The translations under genes were made by a program, and so were the position numbers. From Acidimicrobiia bacterium (GTDB taxonomy: Bacteria > Actinomycetota > Acidimicrobiia > Spongiisociales > Spongiisociaceae), in the NCBI GenBank assembly GCA_041576165.1, contig JBFGLM010000002.1:112983-176982 (forward strand): a stretch of DNA of 64,000 nt, written 5' to 3'. The notes beneath the pieces were generated by a model. That model ran no database searches, was not told where the DNA came from, and saw only the letters and a list, made by a program, of their open reading frames with translations. Within the stretch, counting starts at the first letter, position 1, and each line of letters opens with the position of its first letter. Below, in pieces: positions 26,809 to 37,049 of the stretch.

Positions 26809-27342
26809 ATGACAGGCTCCATGGGTGACGTACCCGGTCCGGCCGGCGCGATGCCATCGAACGCCGCACCGGTCAGTCGAGTCGTCGCCGCCCGGTATCC
26901 GGTAGCCGCGGCGCTGGCGCTGACGATCATCGTGGTCGATCGTCTGACCAAGATCTGGGCGGAAGCGGAGCTGGCCGATGGATCGATTGAGGTGATTCCC
27001 AGCATTCTCTCGTTGAGCCTGGCCGAGAACACCGGGGCATCGTTCAGCCTCTTCCAGGGAGCGGGGCCGATCCTCGGCGTCGCTGCCCTGGTCGCTGTAG
27101 TCGTCATCTGGGTGGCGCTGCGCAACGTTGACATGGGCACTGAGGTGGTGGGCTTGGGCCTGATCATGGGGGGCGCAGTCGGCAACTTCATCGACCGGGT
27201 GATCCGGTCGGACGGGTTCCTCGATGGCGCTGTTGTGGACTTCATCGAGTTCCCCAATTTCCCGAACTTCAACGTGGCCGACTCGGCAATAACGATTGGC
27301 GCGGTGCTGCTCATATGGTCGGCGATCCGCAGGAAAGACTGA
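26809..27342 (+). CDS. lspA: lipoprotein signal peptidase II
   Basis: DRLTK, NTGASFS, GGAVGNFIDR, VVDFI, FNVADSAI; start uncertain. Confidence 0.96.
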   Translation: MTGSMGDVPGPAGAMPSNAAPVSRVVAARYPVAAALALTIIVVDRLTKIWAEAELADGSIEVIPSILSLSLAENTGASFSLFQGAGPILGVAALVAVVVIWVALRNVDMGTEVVGLGLIMGGAVGNFIDRVIRSDGFLDGAVVDFIEFPNFPNFNVADSAITIGAVLLIWSAIRRKD

Positions 27343-28241
27343 TTCTCGAGGTGCCCGCGGACCTGGACGGGGTCAGAGCAGATCGGGTGATCGCGGTCCT
27401 CAGTGGATTGACGCGCAGCGAGGTACAGCGGCTGGTCGACGCCGGACACGCCACCAGTGGGGGCGCCATCTTGCAAAGGCGCGATCAGCTGACCGCCGGG
27501 GCCCGGATTCAGCTCGACGTCCCAGTTGGAGAGGAAGAGACTCCGGCCGAGGAGGTCGACTTCGGAGTCGTCTACCAGGACGACGATTTGGCAGTTGTGG
27601 CGAAGCCGGCCGGATTGGTGGTTCATCCCGGTGCTGGGAACCGCCGCGGGACCCTGGTGAACGGCATCCTCTGGCGCTGGCCCCAGGTGCGGGGGGTGGG
27701 TCAGCCGGGTCGATGGGGCATCGTCCACCGCCTCGATCGCGACACGTCCGGCGTCCTTGCGGTGGCCAAATCGCCAGCCGGCTATGACGGGCTGAAACGG
27801 CTGGTCGAGCGACGCGAGATGGAACGCCGCTATCTGGCGTTGGTCCACGGCACCCTGGAGCTCCCGACGGGTACCATCGACGCCCCGCTAGGTCGGGACC
27901 CGCGGCACCCCACCCGTATGCAGGTGAGAGCCGACGGCCGCCGGGCGGTGACGCACTACCAGGTCCGACGCAGCTTCACCGGACACACGCTGCTCGAGGT
28001 CCGGTTAGAGACCGGTCGTACCCACCAGATCCGCGTCCACCTCGCCTCGATCGGGCTACCGGTCGTCGGCGATCCCGTCTACGGACGGCCGGGGGAGGAG
28101 GGCGTTGATCCGGGCCGGGTGTGGCTGCACGCAGCATCGCTGGAGTTCACGCATCCCATCTCCAGCAAGCCGGTGAGGGCTGAGGCTCCGCTGCCCGCCG
28201 AGCTTTCCGGCTCACTGGCATCGGTGGAATCCCATGCCTGA
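27315..28241 (+). CDS. rluD: RluA/RluD family pseudouridine synthase
   Basis: S4 domain, KPAGLVVHP, GIVHRLDRDTSG, LETGRTHQIRVH, GDPVYG, LHA. Confidence 0.93.
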   Translation: MVGDPQERLILEVPADLDGVRADRVIAVLSGLTRSEVQRLVDAGHATSGGAILQRRDQLTAGARIQLDVPVGEEETPAEEVDFGVVYQDDDLAVVAKPAGLVVHPGAGNRRGTLVNGILWRWPQVRGVGQPGRWGIVHRLDRDTSGVLAVAKSPAGYDGLKRLVERREMERRYLALVHGTLELPTGTIDAPLGRDPRHPTRMQVRADGRRAVTHYQVRRSFTGHTLLEVRLETGRTHQIRVHLASIGLPVVGDPVYGRPGEEGVDPGRVWLHAASLEFTHPISSKPVRAEAPLPAELSGSLASVESHA

Positions 28242-29085
28242 CACCACCCACCATGTCCCGCTGACCTTCGTCGAAGCCCTGTCCGCCGTCCGGCGGTCGG
28301 TACTAGAGCCGGATGTCATCCCGGCCAAGGTTGTGGCAGGTGCCGTGCGCATGGTGGCACCAGCCGGACCGAGCCGGGCAATGGTCGATAGCTGGAGCAC
28401 CGAGTCGGCGACAGGACCGGCAGTGGCGGACGTCGCCTCGCTGCTGGAGGCGGCCCGGCGGACTCATGTCGGGCCGGGGGTGGCGGAACCGGTCCATGCC
28501 CGTTACGGAGAGGTCGGGGTGGTGGCCGCCGTCGCCCTGGCTTCGGTCTTGGCCGCCGAGTCCCTGGACCGGCCGCTCCACCCATTTGGGCCGACGCTGG
28601 GCTTGGGGGGCCGCCGGCTTGGATCCGACTTGTTGGGCCTTGCGCAGCAACTGCACCGGTCGTGTGGTGTGATCCCGCATCGGTGGCGAGCCCTGAGCCT
28701 GCACGATCGGACCGCGTTGCGGTGGTGGGACGCACATGAGGGAGCGATGGTCCCCGGCTGGCTGACGGGCGAAGAGAAGTGGCTGGCGATGGCCTCATTG
28801 GCGGACGCCATGGGCGACACGGATCTCAGCCGGCTCTACGCGGGATTCCTCGCGGCACAGGGCTGGGACCGTTTGGACGTGGAAGCGGGGATCTACGGTC
28901 GTCTGTCGCGGCTGCGCAACGGGCTGCCGGGAGCCTTGCGCGGGGTGCGCCAAATGGTGATATCCGGCCTCGACCGACGTCGAGTCGAGCTGGCTGGGGC
29001 GGACATTGCCGCTGAGGGTGTGGCCGAACTGGTGGACCTGGCCCGCCTGGCCCGGGGGATGGTTGTCATCGGGACACTCGACTGA
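28234..29085 (+). CDS. hypothetical protein, possibly degenerate AhpD/CMD-like fold
   Basis: 8-nt overlap with rluD; GVIPHRWRALS...GWLTGEEKWL and late LAGADIAAEGVAELV resemble CMD-fold segments but there is no CxxC. Confidence 0.6.
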   Translation: MPDTTHHVPLTFVEALSAVRRSVLEPDVIPAKVVAGAVRMVAPAGPSRAMVDSWSTESATGPAVADVASLLEAARRTHVGPGVAEPVHARYGEVGVVAAVALASVLAAESLDRPLHPFGPTLGLGGRRLGSDLLGLAQQLHRSCGVIPHRWRALSLHDRTALRWWDAHEGAMVPGWLTGEEKWLAMASLADAMGDTDLSRLYAGFLAAQGWDRLDVEAGIYGRLSRLRNGLPGALRGVRQMVISGLDRRRVELAGADIAAEGVAELVDLARLARGMVVIGTLD

Positions 29086-29236
29086 ATCACCGCGTGGCCA
29101 GGTGTCGCGGCCTACCATGCCCGGCGTCGCACTTCCCTGCCGGCGTGGCGCCGACCCGTGACGCTAACCGCGGCAACGCGTGCGCTACGCTCGCGAGAAT
29201 TACAGATCTGGGATTCAAAGCGCCGAGGACGGTCCG

Positions 29237-32200
29237 TTGAGCGACAGCTTCGCACACCTGCATTTGCACACCGAGTTCTCGATGCTGGACGGGGCAGCCC
29301 GGGTGCAGGACGTCGTCAAGACCGCGGCAGGGATGGGCCAGCCGGGGATTGCGATCACCGACCACGGGGTGATGTATGGCGTCATCGATTTCGTCAAGGC
29401 CGCCCAGGCCCACGAAATAAACCCGATCGTCGGCATCGAAGCCTATGTGACCCCGGGCAGTCGCTTCGACCGCCCCTCCAGAGCCGAGAACATCCGGCAT
29501 CACATGATCCTGCTGGCTGAAAACGACACCGGCTACCACAACCTGCTCCAGATGACGTCCCGGGCGTATACGGAGGGCTACTACTACAAACCGCGCCTCG
29601 ACTTCGAGTTGATGGCGACGCACGCCGAAGGCGTCATCGCGACCTCCGGGTGCCTGGGCGGTCCGGTGCCGCAGATGCTGGCCCCCGACGCCTCGCGGGA
29701 AGAGGGCAACGTCAATCAGGAGCGTGATTTTGACGGGGCATTGAAGGTCGCCGGCCAGCTTCAGGACATCTTCGGCAAGGACAATTTCCTCATCGAGTTG
29801 CAGGACCATGGGATCGAGGCCCAGCGGCGCATCATGTCGGACCTGGTGGACATCGGCCGGTCGATCGGGGCGCCGCTGCTGGCCACGAACGACGCCCACT
29901 ACACCCGTCAGGACGAAGCAGAAGCCCATGACGTGCTGTTGTGTATTCAGACCGGCGCCACCATCGACGAGCCCGATCGACTCACGTTCGAAGGAGACCA
30001 GTTCTATCTGAAATCGGCCGACCAGATGCGGGCCTTGTTTCCGGCGGACCAGTTCCCAGGCGCGTGTGACAACACACTCTGGATTGCGGAACGGGCGTCC
30101 ACCAAGCTCGAATTCGGCAACATCCTGCTGCCGCACTTTCCGGTTCCGGAGGGCCACGATCCCGAGTCCTACCTGGAGGAACTGGTGCTCGACGGCGCCC
30201 GGGCCAGGTACGGCGGGGGCCTGTCAACCGAGGTGCAGGAACGCATCGCTCACGAGCTCCAGATCATCTCTGACATGGGCTTCCCTGCCTACTTCCTCAT
30301 CGTCTGGGACCTGATTCGCTACGCCCGAGAGCATCACATCCGCACTGGTCCCGGGCGGGGGAGCGCAGCGGGTTCCATCGTGGCGTATTCGTTGGGCATC
30401 ACCGACCTCGACCCCATCAAGTACGGGCTGATCTTCGAGCGATTCCTCAACCCCGGCCGCCGCGAGATGCCGGACATCGACATGGACTTCGACGAACGCT
30501 ATCGGGCCGACGTGATTCGTTACGCGTCCGAGAAGTACGGGTCGGATCACGTTGCGCAGATCATCACCTTCTCGACGATCAAGGGCAAGCAGGCGATCCG
30601 CGACTCGGCGCGGGTTCTGGGTCTCCCGTACCACGTGGGTGACCGGGTGGCGAAGATGATGCCGGCCGCCATTCTCGGCAAGGAAGCCACCCTCAGCCAG
30701 TGCCTGGACGAACCGGATACAGACGCTGAATCCAGCGTGTGGGATTGGTATGCGAACGCGTCCGACCTGCGTGAGGCCTACGCCGCCGACCCCGACGTCA
30801 AACGAGTGGTCGACACGGCCAAAGGACTCGAAGGCCTCCGCCGTCAGGATTCCATCCATGCCGCCGCCGTCGTCATATCACCGCAGCCGCTCATCGACCT
30901 GGTCCCGATCCAGCAGAAGGGCGAGGAAGCCGAGGTCGTCACTCAATATGAGATGCACGGGATCGAGGATCTGGGGCTCCTCAAGATGGACTTCCTCGGC
31001 CTACGCAATCTGTCGACCATCGAGCGGGCGCTGGAGCTGATCGAGGCGGGTAGGGGCCGGCGGATCGACATCGATCAGGTGCCGCTGGATGATGCAGATA
31101 CCTTCGACCTGCTGTGCCGGGGCGACACCATCGGTGTCTTCCAGCTCGAGGGCAGCGCGATGCGGGCACTCATCCGCAGCCTGCAACCTGACTCCTTCGA
31201 GGACGTCATCGCGCTGGTGGCGCTCTACCGACCCGGCCCGATGTCGAACAACTGGCACAACGCCTATGCCGACCGCAAGAACGGGCGTCAGGCGGTGGAC
31301 TATCCGCATCCCGCTACCGAGGAAGTGCTGAAAGACACATACGGCCTGATGATCTACCAGGAACAGGTGATGGAGATCGCACGCCAACTCGCCGGCTACT
31401 CGATGGCCGACGCCGATTCCCTCCGCAAGGCCATGGGCAAGAAGATCCCCGCCATCATGCGCAAGGAGAGGGACAAGTTCGTGGCAGGAGCGGTCGCCCA
31501 GGGCCACGATGAGAAGTTCGGCGCCGAACTGTTCGACTCCATCGAGGGATTCGCGGGCTACGGGTTCAACAAGAGCCACTCGGCCTGCTACGGGCTGGTC
31601 GCCTACCAGACGGCATATCTGAAGGCCCACTATCCCGCCGAGTACATGGCGGCGCTACTGACGTCCGTGAAGCGGGACAAGGACAAGACCGCGGTGTATT
31701 TGAACGAATGTCGCACGATGAGCGTTGATGTCCTGACGCCCTGCGTCAACCGTTCCCAGAGCGATTTCACGGTCGATGGCGGCAAGATCCTCTTCGGTCT
31801 ATCGGCCATCCGCAACGTCGGCGAAGGAGTCGTCGAAAAGATCCTCGCAGCGCGCGGCGCGGGTGGGGCATTCGCCGACTTCTCCGATTTTGTCGATCGC
31901 GTCGACATGGGGGCGCTCAACAAGAGGACTGTTGAGTCGCTCATCAAAGCGGGGGCTTTCGACTCGGTCGGCCACTCTCGCAAAGGCCTGTTCTTGCGCT
32001 ACGACGAGATCCTGACCGCTGCCATCAACCGCCGCCGCAACGAGGAGATCGGGCAGTTCAGCCTCTTCGGCGGCGACGACGGCGTCGAGGTCGAAGCGGT
32101 GGAGATCAGCCTGGACGAGTGGCAGAAGAAGACGTTGCTCGCGTTCGAGAAGGAGATGCTCGGTCTCTACATCTCTGACCATCCGCTGCTGGGCGTCGAA

Positions 32201-32740
32201 CCGACGATGCGGCGGGCGACCACGTGCAGTATCTCGTCACTGTGGGATCAGGCGGATGGTACCCAAGTGACGATCGGCGGCCTGGTGTCGGGTATCAGCC
32301 GGCGGTTCACCCGCAACGGCGACCCGATGGTCTTCTTCAACCTCGAGGACCTGGACGGCAACGTAGAAGTGGTGGCGTTTCCCCGGACCGTGGCCGCCTC
32401 CGGCCCGCTCATTCAGGAAGACGCCATCCTGCTCGTGAGCGGTCGTCTCGACCACCGGGGCGACGACGTCAAGATGCGGGCGTCGGAGATCAAGGAGCCC
32501 GACCTGCACGTCGACCGGGAACTCCGCCTGGAGGTACCCGCAACGCAGCTTTCAGTCGACACGGTGGCCCGTCTGAAAGAAATCCTGGTGAACCATCCCG
32601 GTGAGGCGCCCGTCTATCTGCACATGCACAGTGAGGCGGGTCACAAGGTGCTCCAGCTCGGCGAGGAACATCGGGTCGAGCTGCGCAGTTCGCTCTATGC
32701 CGAGCTGCGCGAGTTGCTCGGTCCTCGCGCGCTGGTCTGA
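29237..32740 (+). CDS. dnaE: DNA polymerase III alpha subunit
   Basis: PHP HLHLHTEFSMLDGA, ITDHG; GRGSAAGS, MPDIDMDF, KMDFLGL, YGFNKSHS; OB fold; GAGGA before TTG. Confidence 0.98.
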   Translation: MSDSFAHLHLHTEFSMLDGAARVQDVVKTAAGMGQPGIAITDHGVMYGVIDFVKAAQAHEINPIVGIEAYVTPGSRFDRPSRAENIRHHMILLAENDTGYHNLLQMTSRAYTEGYYYKPRLDFELMATHAEGVIATSGCLGGPVPQMLAPDASREEGNVNQERDFDGALKVAGQLQDIFGKDNFLIELQDHGIEAQRRIMSDLVDIGRSIGAPLLATNDAHYTRQDEAEAHDVLLCIQTGATIDEPDRLTFEGDQFYLKSADQMRALFPADQFPGACDNTLWIAERASTKLEFGNILLPHFPVPEGHDPESYLEELVLDGARARYGGGLSTEVQERIAHELQIISDMGFPAYFLIVWDLIRYAREHHIRTGPGRGSAAGSIVAYSLGITDLDPIKYGLIFERFLNPGRREMPDIDMDFDERYRADVIRYASEKYGSDHVAQIITFSTIKGKQAIRDSARVLGLPYHVGDRVAKMMPAAILGKEATLSQCLDEPDTDAESSVWDWYANASDLREAYAADPDVKRVVDTAKGLEGLRRQDSIHAAAVVISPQPLIDLVPIQQKGEEAEVVTQYEMHGIEDLGLLKMDFLGLRNLSTIERALELIEAGRGRRIDIDQVPLDDADTFDLLCRGDTIGVFQLEGSAMRALIRSLQPDSFEDVIALVALYRPGPMSNNWHNAYADRKNGRQAVDYPHPATEEVLKDTYGLMIYQEQVMEIARQLAGYSMADADSLRKAMGKKIPAIMRKERDKFVAGAVAQGHDEKFGAELFDSIEGFAGYGFNKSHSACYGLVAYQTAYLKAHYPAEYMAALLTSVKRDKDKTAVYLNECRTMSVDVLTPCVNRSQSDFTVDGGKILFGLSAIRNVGEGVVEKILAARGAGGAFADFSDFVDRVDMGALNKRTVESLIKAGAFDSVGHSRKGLFLRYDEILTAAINRRRNEEIGQFSLFGGDDGVEVEAVEISLDEWQKKTLLAFEKEMLGLYISDHPLLGVEPTMRRATTCSISSLWDQADGTQVTIGGLVSGISRRFTRNGDPMVFFNLEDLDGNVEVVAFPRTVAASGPLIQEDAILLVSGRLDHRGDDVKMRASEIKEPDLHVDRELRLEVPATQLSVDTVARLKEILVNHPGEAPVYLHMHSEAGHKVLQLGEEHRVELRSSLYAELRELLGPRALV

Positions 32741-32750
32741 ACTCGACCAG

Positions 32751-33803
32751 TCATCCCCGCAGCAGTGCCTCCAGATCGAGCCCTGATGAATCCGTGATCA
32801 AATGCGCCAGCGCGGCGAGATCGGTCGGGGCTGACCGCTGCCACGGAATCGTGGCAATCGGCGCCCGGTAGCGGTCGCTGAATGACTGGCGTGCCTCCGC
32901 CTGTCGATGAGCTTCGGCCGCCCATCGAAACAGGTTGCGCTCCAGAGCTCGGTCCGGAGCGCTCCCATCGGCCTCCAGCTCGGCGGCAGCCTCCTGCCAC
33001 GCCTCGGGCAGGGCCCGGTTGAACACGACCGCCGAAGGGGCGGTGGCCGCCTGGGGAAGCTCCCGGAAGAACCGGCCGGCTTCGCGCAGCGGCGCCGGAT
33101 CAGCGGTGGTGATCACGACGATGGTCGATTGGTGGAAATGCCGTTCGATCTCCTTCGCCCGCCGTGACAGGCCGTCGTAAGTGGTCCGCAGGTCGAACAA
33201 GAATTCGGCGACACGCTCCAGTAGGTCGGTGCCGAGCACACTGCCGGCTACTCGCAACGCCGGTTTGCCGGCGATCGCAAAGAAGCTGCGGCGCCCGGGG
33301 AGCCGGGCGCCGGTGAGCCATTTCAACAACCTTCCCCCGACCAGCTCGCGCATGTCGCCGGGCGCAGTGAAGAAGTCGATCCCGCCGGCCGATGGTGGAG
33401 TGTCCACCACCACCAGATCCCACACCCGCGAGTCGAGAAAGTTGGCCATCTCCTCAGCCGCGGCATATGCCTGAGAGGCGGGAAAGCGCCCCGAGACCGC
33501 CTCCCAGAACTCGTTGTCGTCGAGGCGCTCTGCCACGTCGGGTGGAGCGTGACGATGGATGATCGAGTTCCACGACGCTTCCGCATCCAGCATCGCCGCC
33601 CACAATCCGGCGAGCTCGGGGTTGGGGGTGGGCTCCGAGCCCAGAGAGTCGACCCCGAGCGCGTCGGCCAACCGGCGGGCAGGGTCGACCGTCACGACCA
33701 GGGTGCGCATTCCCATCTCCGCGGCCCTGATGGCCAATCCGGCGGAGATGGTCGTCTTGCCGACGCCTCCGCCACCGGTGACGAGAATTGCGCGGGTGCT
33801 CAT
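32751..33803 (-). CDS. ArsA/Get3-family ATPase, Rv3680-like subunit
   Basis: TGGGGVGKTT, TVDPARRLADALG, VVVDTPP. Confidence 0.88.
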   Translation of the reverse strand: MSTRAILVTGGGGVGKTTISAGLAIRAAEMGMRTLVVTVDPARRLADALGVDSLGSEPTPNPELAGLWAAMLDAEASWNSIIHRHAPPDVAERLDDNEFWEAVSGRFPASQAYAAAEEMANFLDSRVWDLVVVDTPPSAGGIDFFTAPGDMRELVGGRLLKWLTGARLPGRRSFFAIAGKPALRVAGSVLGTDLLERVAEFLFDLRTTYDGLSRRAKEIERHFHQSTIVVITTADPAPLREAGRFFRELPQAATAPSAVVFNRALPEAWQEAAAELEADGSAPDRALERNLFRWAAEAHRQAEARQSFSDRYRAPIATIPWQRSAPTDLAALAHLITDSSGLDLEALLRG

Positions 33804-34654
33804 ATGGCTTCCGCCAATTCCTCGGCCAGCCGGGCCGCCACCTCAGAAGACGTCAAGACGCCGAACAGGTAGGGGAGATGTGCGTTGGGCTCCAGCTCCG
33901 CCAACCAACGCTGCTGCTCGGCGTACAACGCGTGGTGCAGCCTGGCGGCCTGGCGGATCGGCCCGGGCTCCAGGCCCTTGACCCGGGCCGCGGCGATGCC
34001 GAGTCGCGGCAGCACCCGGTTGGCGATGACGACCTGGCGGCCGGCGGTCCCTTCCTCCCGCAAGGCGGCGGCCGCCTCCAGAGTCTCGTTGACGGGCAGC
34101 TCCTCCGGGAGCGACACCAGTACAACCGTGGTCGTATCCGCAACCAGAATGGACTCCATCCACGTTGATTGCTCTCTGACCCGCCCGGTTGGAACCAGCT
34201 CAGACACCACTCGGGGCGCCCGCAGATACGACCCGAGCTGACCGGTCGCGGGCGCGTCGACGACAACTAGATCCCAGACGTTGCGGCCCACCTCATATAC
34301 CACTTTGCCGATTGTGATGATCTCCCGGATTCCCGGCGCGGTCGAGGCGAGGACGTCGAAGGCTCGGGCCACCAGCGTGAAGCCGGGGGTCGGAACCTTC
34401 AGCTGCAGCTGCAGGTACTCGGTCAGTGCCGACGGCAGGTCGATCGCAGTGGCATGCAGCCCCGGCGCCACCTCCTCGGCCCGATACCCGATTTCGCTCC
34501 GGCCGAGGTGGGTGGCCAGGCCCCGATTGTCGTTAGTGGCGATGGCGAGAACCCGCAGCCCGTGGGCTGCCGCCCCGTGTGCAATGGCGGCGGCGACCGC
34601 CGACTTGCCCACACCACCTTTGCCGCTGACGATGACCAGCCCGTGATCGAACAT
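33800..34654 (-). CDS. ArsA/Get3-family ATPase, Rv3679-like subunit
   Basis: SGKGGVGKS, APGIREIITIGKV, VVDAPATG, LPEELPVNET; ATGA coupling to partner. Confidence 0.88.
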   Translation of the reverse strand: MFDHGLVIVSGKGGVGKSAVAAAIAHGAAAHGLRVLAIATNDNRGLATHLGRSEIGYRAEEVAPGLHATAIDLPSALTEYLQLQLKVPTPGFTLVARAFDVLASTAPGIREIITIGKVVYEVGRNVWDLVVVDAPATGQLGSYLRAPRVVSELVPTGRVREQSTWMESILVADTTTVVLVSLPEELPVNETLEAAAALREEGTAGRQVVIANRVLPRLGIAAARVKGLEPGPIRQAARLHHALYAEQQRWLAELEPNAHLPYLFGVLTSSEVAARLAEELAEAI

Positions 34655-34733
34655 CGGCGTCGAGGCTACCGGCTGCTGGGGATATGCCGGCTGCCCGCCG
34701 GTACGCTACGTCCAATCGAACCGGAGGCAAACA

Positions 34734-34949
34734 ATGGCGGAGTTCGACGTTGATGCGATGCTGGCCCGGTTTAAGGAGCGGGCCGAGGCGGTCAGGGACC
34801 GCCCGTTCCCGCCGGTCGAGGGCGAGGTCCGCAAGAGGTTCATCGAGCAGGCGGAGACCGATTACCTGGATTTCTCATTGGTCGGCAACGCCGCCTGGAC
34901 GGTCGAAGGCGACGATCTCGTGCTGCGGATTCCGCTGGCAGGCCGCTGA
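34734..34949 (+). CDS. small hypothetical protein (71 aa)
   Basis: GGAGG RBS; protein-like composition (RFKERAEAVRDRPFPPVEG...DLVLRIPL). Confidence 0.8.
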   Translation: MAEFDVDAMLARFKERAEAVRDRPFPPVEGEVRKRFIEQAETDYLDFSLVGNAAWTVEGDDLVLRIPLAGR

Positions 34950-34986
34950 AGCCCGACCCTTCAGATCGCGGCGTAGGCTGGAACGC

Positions 34987-35421
34987 ATGGTGATCCGCCG
35001 GGCCGCCCCCGGGCATCTACCGCTCCTGCTCTCGCTGGTCGAGGCGTTCTACGCAGTGGACGGTCACGAGTTCGATGCCGACGTTGCCGCCGGCGCTCTC
35101 AGACCTCTCCTGCAAGATGATCGGTTCGGGGTCGTCTATCTGATCGAGGACGGCGGCGATGTGACCGGTTACGCCGTCGTGACGTGGGGCTGGTCGTTGG
35201 AGAGCGGTGGGCGGGATGCGCTTCTAGATGAGATCTACGTCGGTGATCGGGGCCGGGGAGTGGGCTCGGCCGCGATGGCCGCCATTCTCGATGATCTGAG
35301 ATCGCGGCGCCTGCCACGGCTGTTGCTCGAAACGGAACGACCCAACGAGCGGACTCGGGCGTTCTACGCCCGTTGCGGCTTCGAGGTCGACGACTCGGTC
35401 TGGATGTCGCTTTCCCTCTAG
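34987..35421 (+). CDS. GNAT family N-acetyltransferase
   Basis: IRRA, LLDEIYV..RGRGVGS, NERTRAFYARCGF. Confidence 0.9.
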   Translation: MVIRRAAPGHLPLLLSLVEAFYAVDGHEFDADVAAGALRPLLQDDRFGVVYLIEDGGDVTGYAVVTWGWSLESGGRDALLDEIYVGDRGRGVGSAAMAAILDDLRSRRLPRLLLETERPNERTRAFYARCGFEVDDSVWMSLSL

Positions 35422-35600
35422 GGAATCCCGGCGGGCAGCCCGGCCGCCGCGGGTCTCGAGCACCTGATCCCCCGGCATGACCGTGGGCCCGCAAGCTCGG
35501 AGCGCGAACGGCCGCCAGCTGCGAACAGGGCGAGGTGCTGGGCTGCGCGGTCAGATGCCGTGTCGACGTCGTACCGACGGCCGGCTTCGATGTCGTGAGG

Positions 35601-36929
35601 CTATCCGCAAGCCTGCCTGATCAGTTGTCGGTAGAAGGCAAGCGCTGGGCCGGCATCGGAAATCCTGACCCTTTCATCCGGACCGTGGATCCCCTGTGCT
35701 TCCGCCTCATTGAGACGGAACGGCTGGAACCGGAGAACCTGGTCGGCCACGTTGCCGTAGAAGCGAGCATCGGTGGCGCCCATGACCACGAACGGAGCAG
35801 CTGTTGTATCGGCGAACACGCCTTTGACCGTTCGCGCCACCAGCTTGAAGGCCTCACTATCGGGATCGGCCAGCGACGGCGGGTCGTGCGCTCGAAGCAC
35901 CCGAATGGAGATATCCGACCCGGCGTGGCGCCGTACGTGCGCCAACACGTCATCGGTGGTGTCGCCCGGCAGCGTGCGGACGTTCAGAACGGCCCGGGCC
36001 CGGGTGGGCAGTACGTTGGCTTTCGTGCCTCCGTCGATGATCGTCGGGGTGATGGTCGTTCGAATCAGCGCGTTGGTCGTCGGCCGGCGAGACAACAATC
36101 CGGTCGCGAACGGACCCGTCTTTCCCAAATTGCGCGCGAGGGGCCGGAGCGCGGGCCGCATGGCAGTCGCTGCCTGTTCAAAGAGGCCGGCCGCGACATC
36201 GAGCCTGGGCGCCATCGGGTGTGACTCGATCCGGGCGATAGCCGCGGCCAGCTTCCCGACGGCGTTGCGGCGCGGCGGGCTTGAGGAATGCCCGGGCTCG
36301 CCGCCAGCAGTCAGCTCCACGTCGGCGTAGCCCTTCTCGCCGACGGCAATCAGCGCCACCGGGTGCATCGTCCCGGGCAGCAGATCCTCGGTGACGGCTC
36401 CGCCCTCATCGAGTGCGAAGGTGAATCGTTGGTTGCGGGCGGCCAGCAGATCCGCCATGGCTGCGGCCCCGGCACCCGATCGTTCCTCGTCGTCTCCGAG
36501 GGCGAGGGTGACTCGGGCGGCCGGTTGAAACCCTTCTTCCAGGAGCTCTTCGACCACTTCGAGGATCGCAATCAGCGGGCCCTTGTCGTCCACGGTGCCC
36601 CGTCCGTAGAGGTAGGTACCATCCGAAGCACCGGCGAACGGCGGCCGGCTCCACTCTGATTCCGATGCGGGCTCCACCGGCACGACGTCCTGGTGTGCCA
36701 GCAACAGCAGCCCGGGACGCTGCGGGTCGCGGCCCTCCCACGAGATCAGTAGCGAACTGTCACCCACAACCTCCACCTCGAGGCGTTCCCATGTGCGCCG
36801 GTACGTCTGTTCGAAGAAGCGGTGGAGCCGCGCCAGTTCCTCTGGGTCGGCCGGAGCGTCGTCGTATGACACCGTCTTGAACCGGACGGCCTGCGCGAGA
36901 TGTTCGATGAACCGGTGAGCGGCGGGCAT
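35601..36929 (-). CDS. M20 family metallopeptidase/amidohydrolase
   Basis: LLAHQDVVP, GRGTVDDKG, DEE, LDEGG, GHSS, GATDARFY, IHGPDER. Confidence 0.93.
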   Translation of the reverse strand: MPAAHRFIEHLAQAVRFKTVSYDDAPADPEELARLHRFFEQTYRRTWERLEVEVVGDSSLLISWEGRDPQRPGLLLLAHQDVVPVEPASESEWSRPPFAGASDGTYLYGRGTVDDKGPLIAILEVVEELLEEGFQPAARVTLALGDDEERSGAGAAAMADLLAARNQRFTFALDEGGAVTEDLLPGTMHPVALIAVGEKGYADVELTAGGEPGHSSSPPRRNAVGKLAAAIARIESHPMAPRLDVAAGLFEQAATAMRPALRPLARNLGKTGPFATGLLSRRPTTNALIRTTITPTIIDGGTKANVLPTRARAVLNVRTLPGDTTDDVLAHVRRHAGSDISIRVLRAHDPPSLADPDSEAFKLVARTVKGVFADTTAAPFVVMGATDARFYGNVADQVLRFQPFRLNEAEAQGIHGPDERVRISDAGPALAFYRQLIRQACG

Positions 36930-37049
36930 CGGTGGCGATGGTATCCAGGTCGGTCCGGGCGCGCCGTCCGAGCGCTCCCTTTCGAGCATGGAGCCGGTTA
37001 CGCGACCCAGTCCGGTGCGTCGCGCCGGACGCCCCGGCGCGGCGCTGCT

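Noticed and set aside
29237-32740. Intein or split in dnaE
   Set aside because: Length (about 1167 aa) and motif order are normal; only short insertions seen.
32751-34654. ArsA-like ATPases as part of arsenic resistance with arsC
   Set aside because: About 30 kb from arsC, no Cys metalloid ligands in either protein, and they resemble the Rv3679/Rv3680 Get3-like pair.
34684-34986. 245-aa extended GNAT ORF
   Set aside because: The extension overlaps the 34734..34949 gene in another frame; the GNAT starts at 34987.
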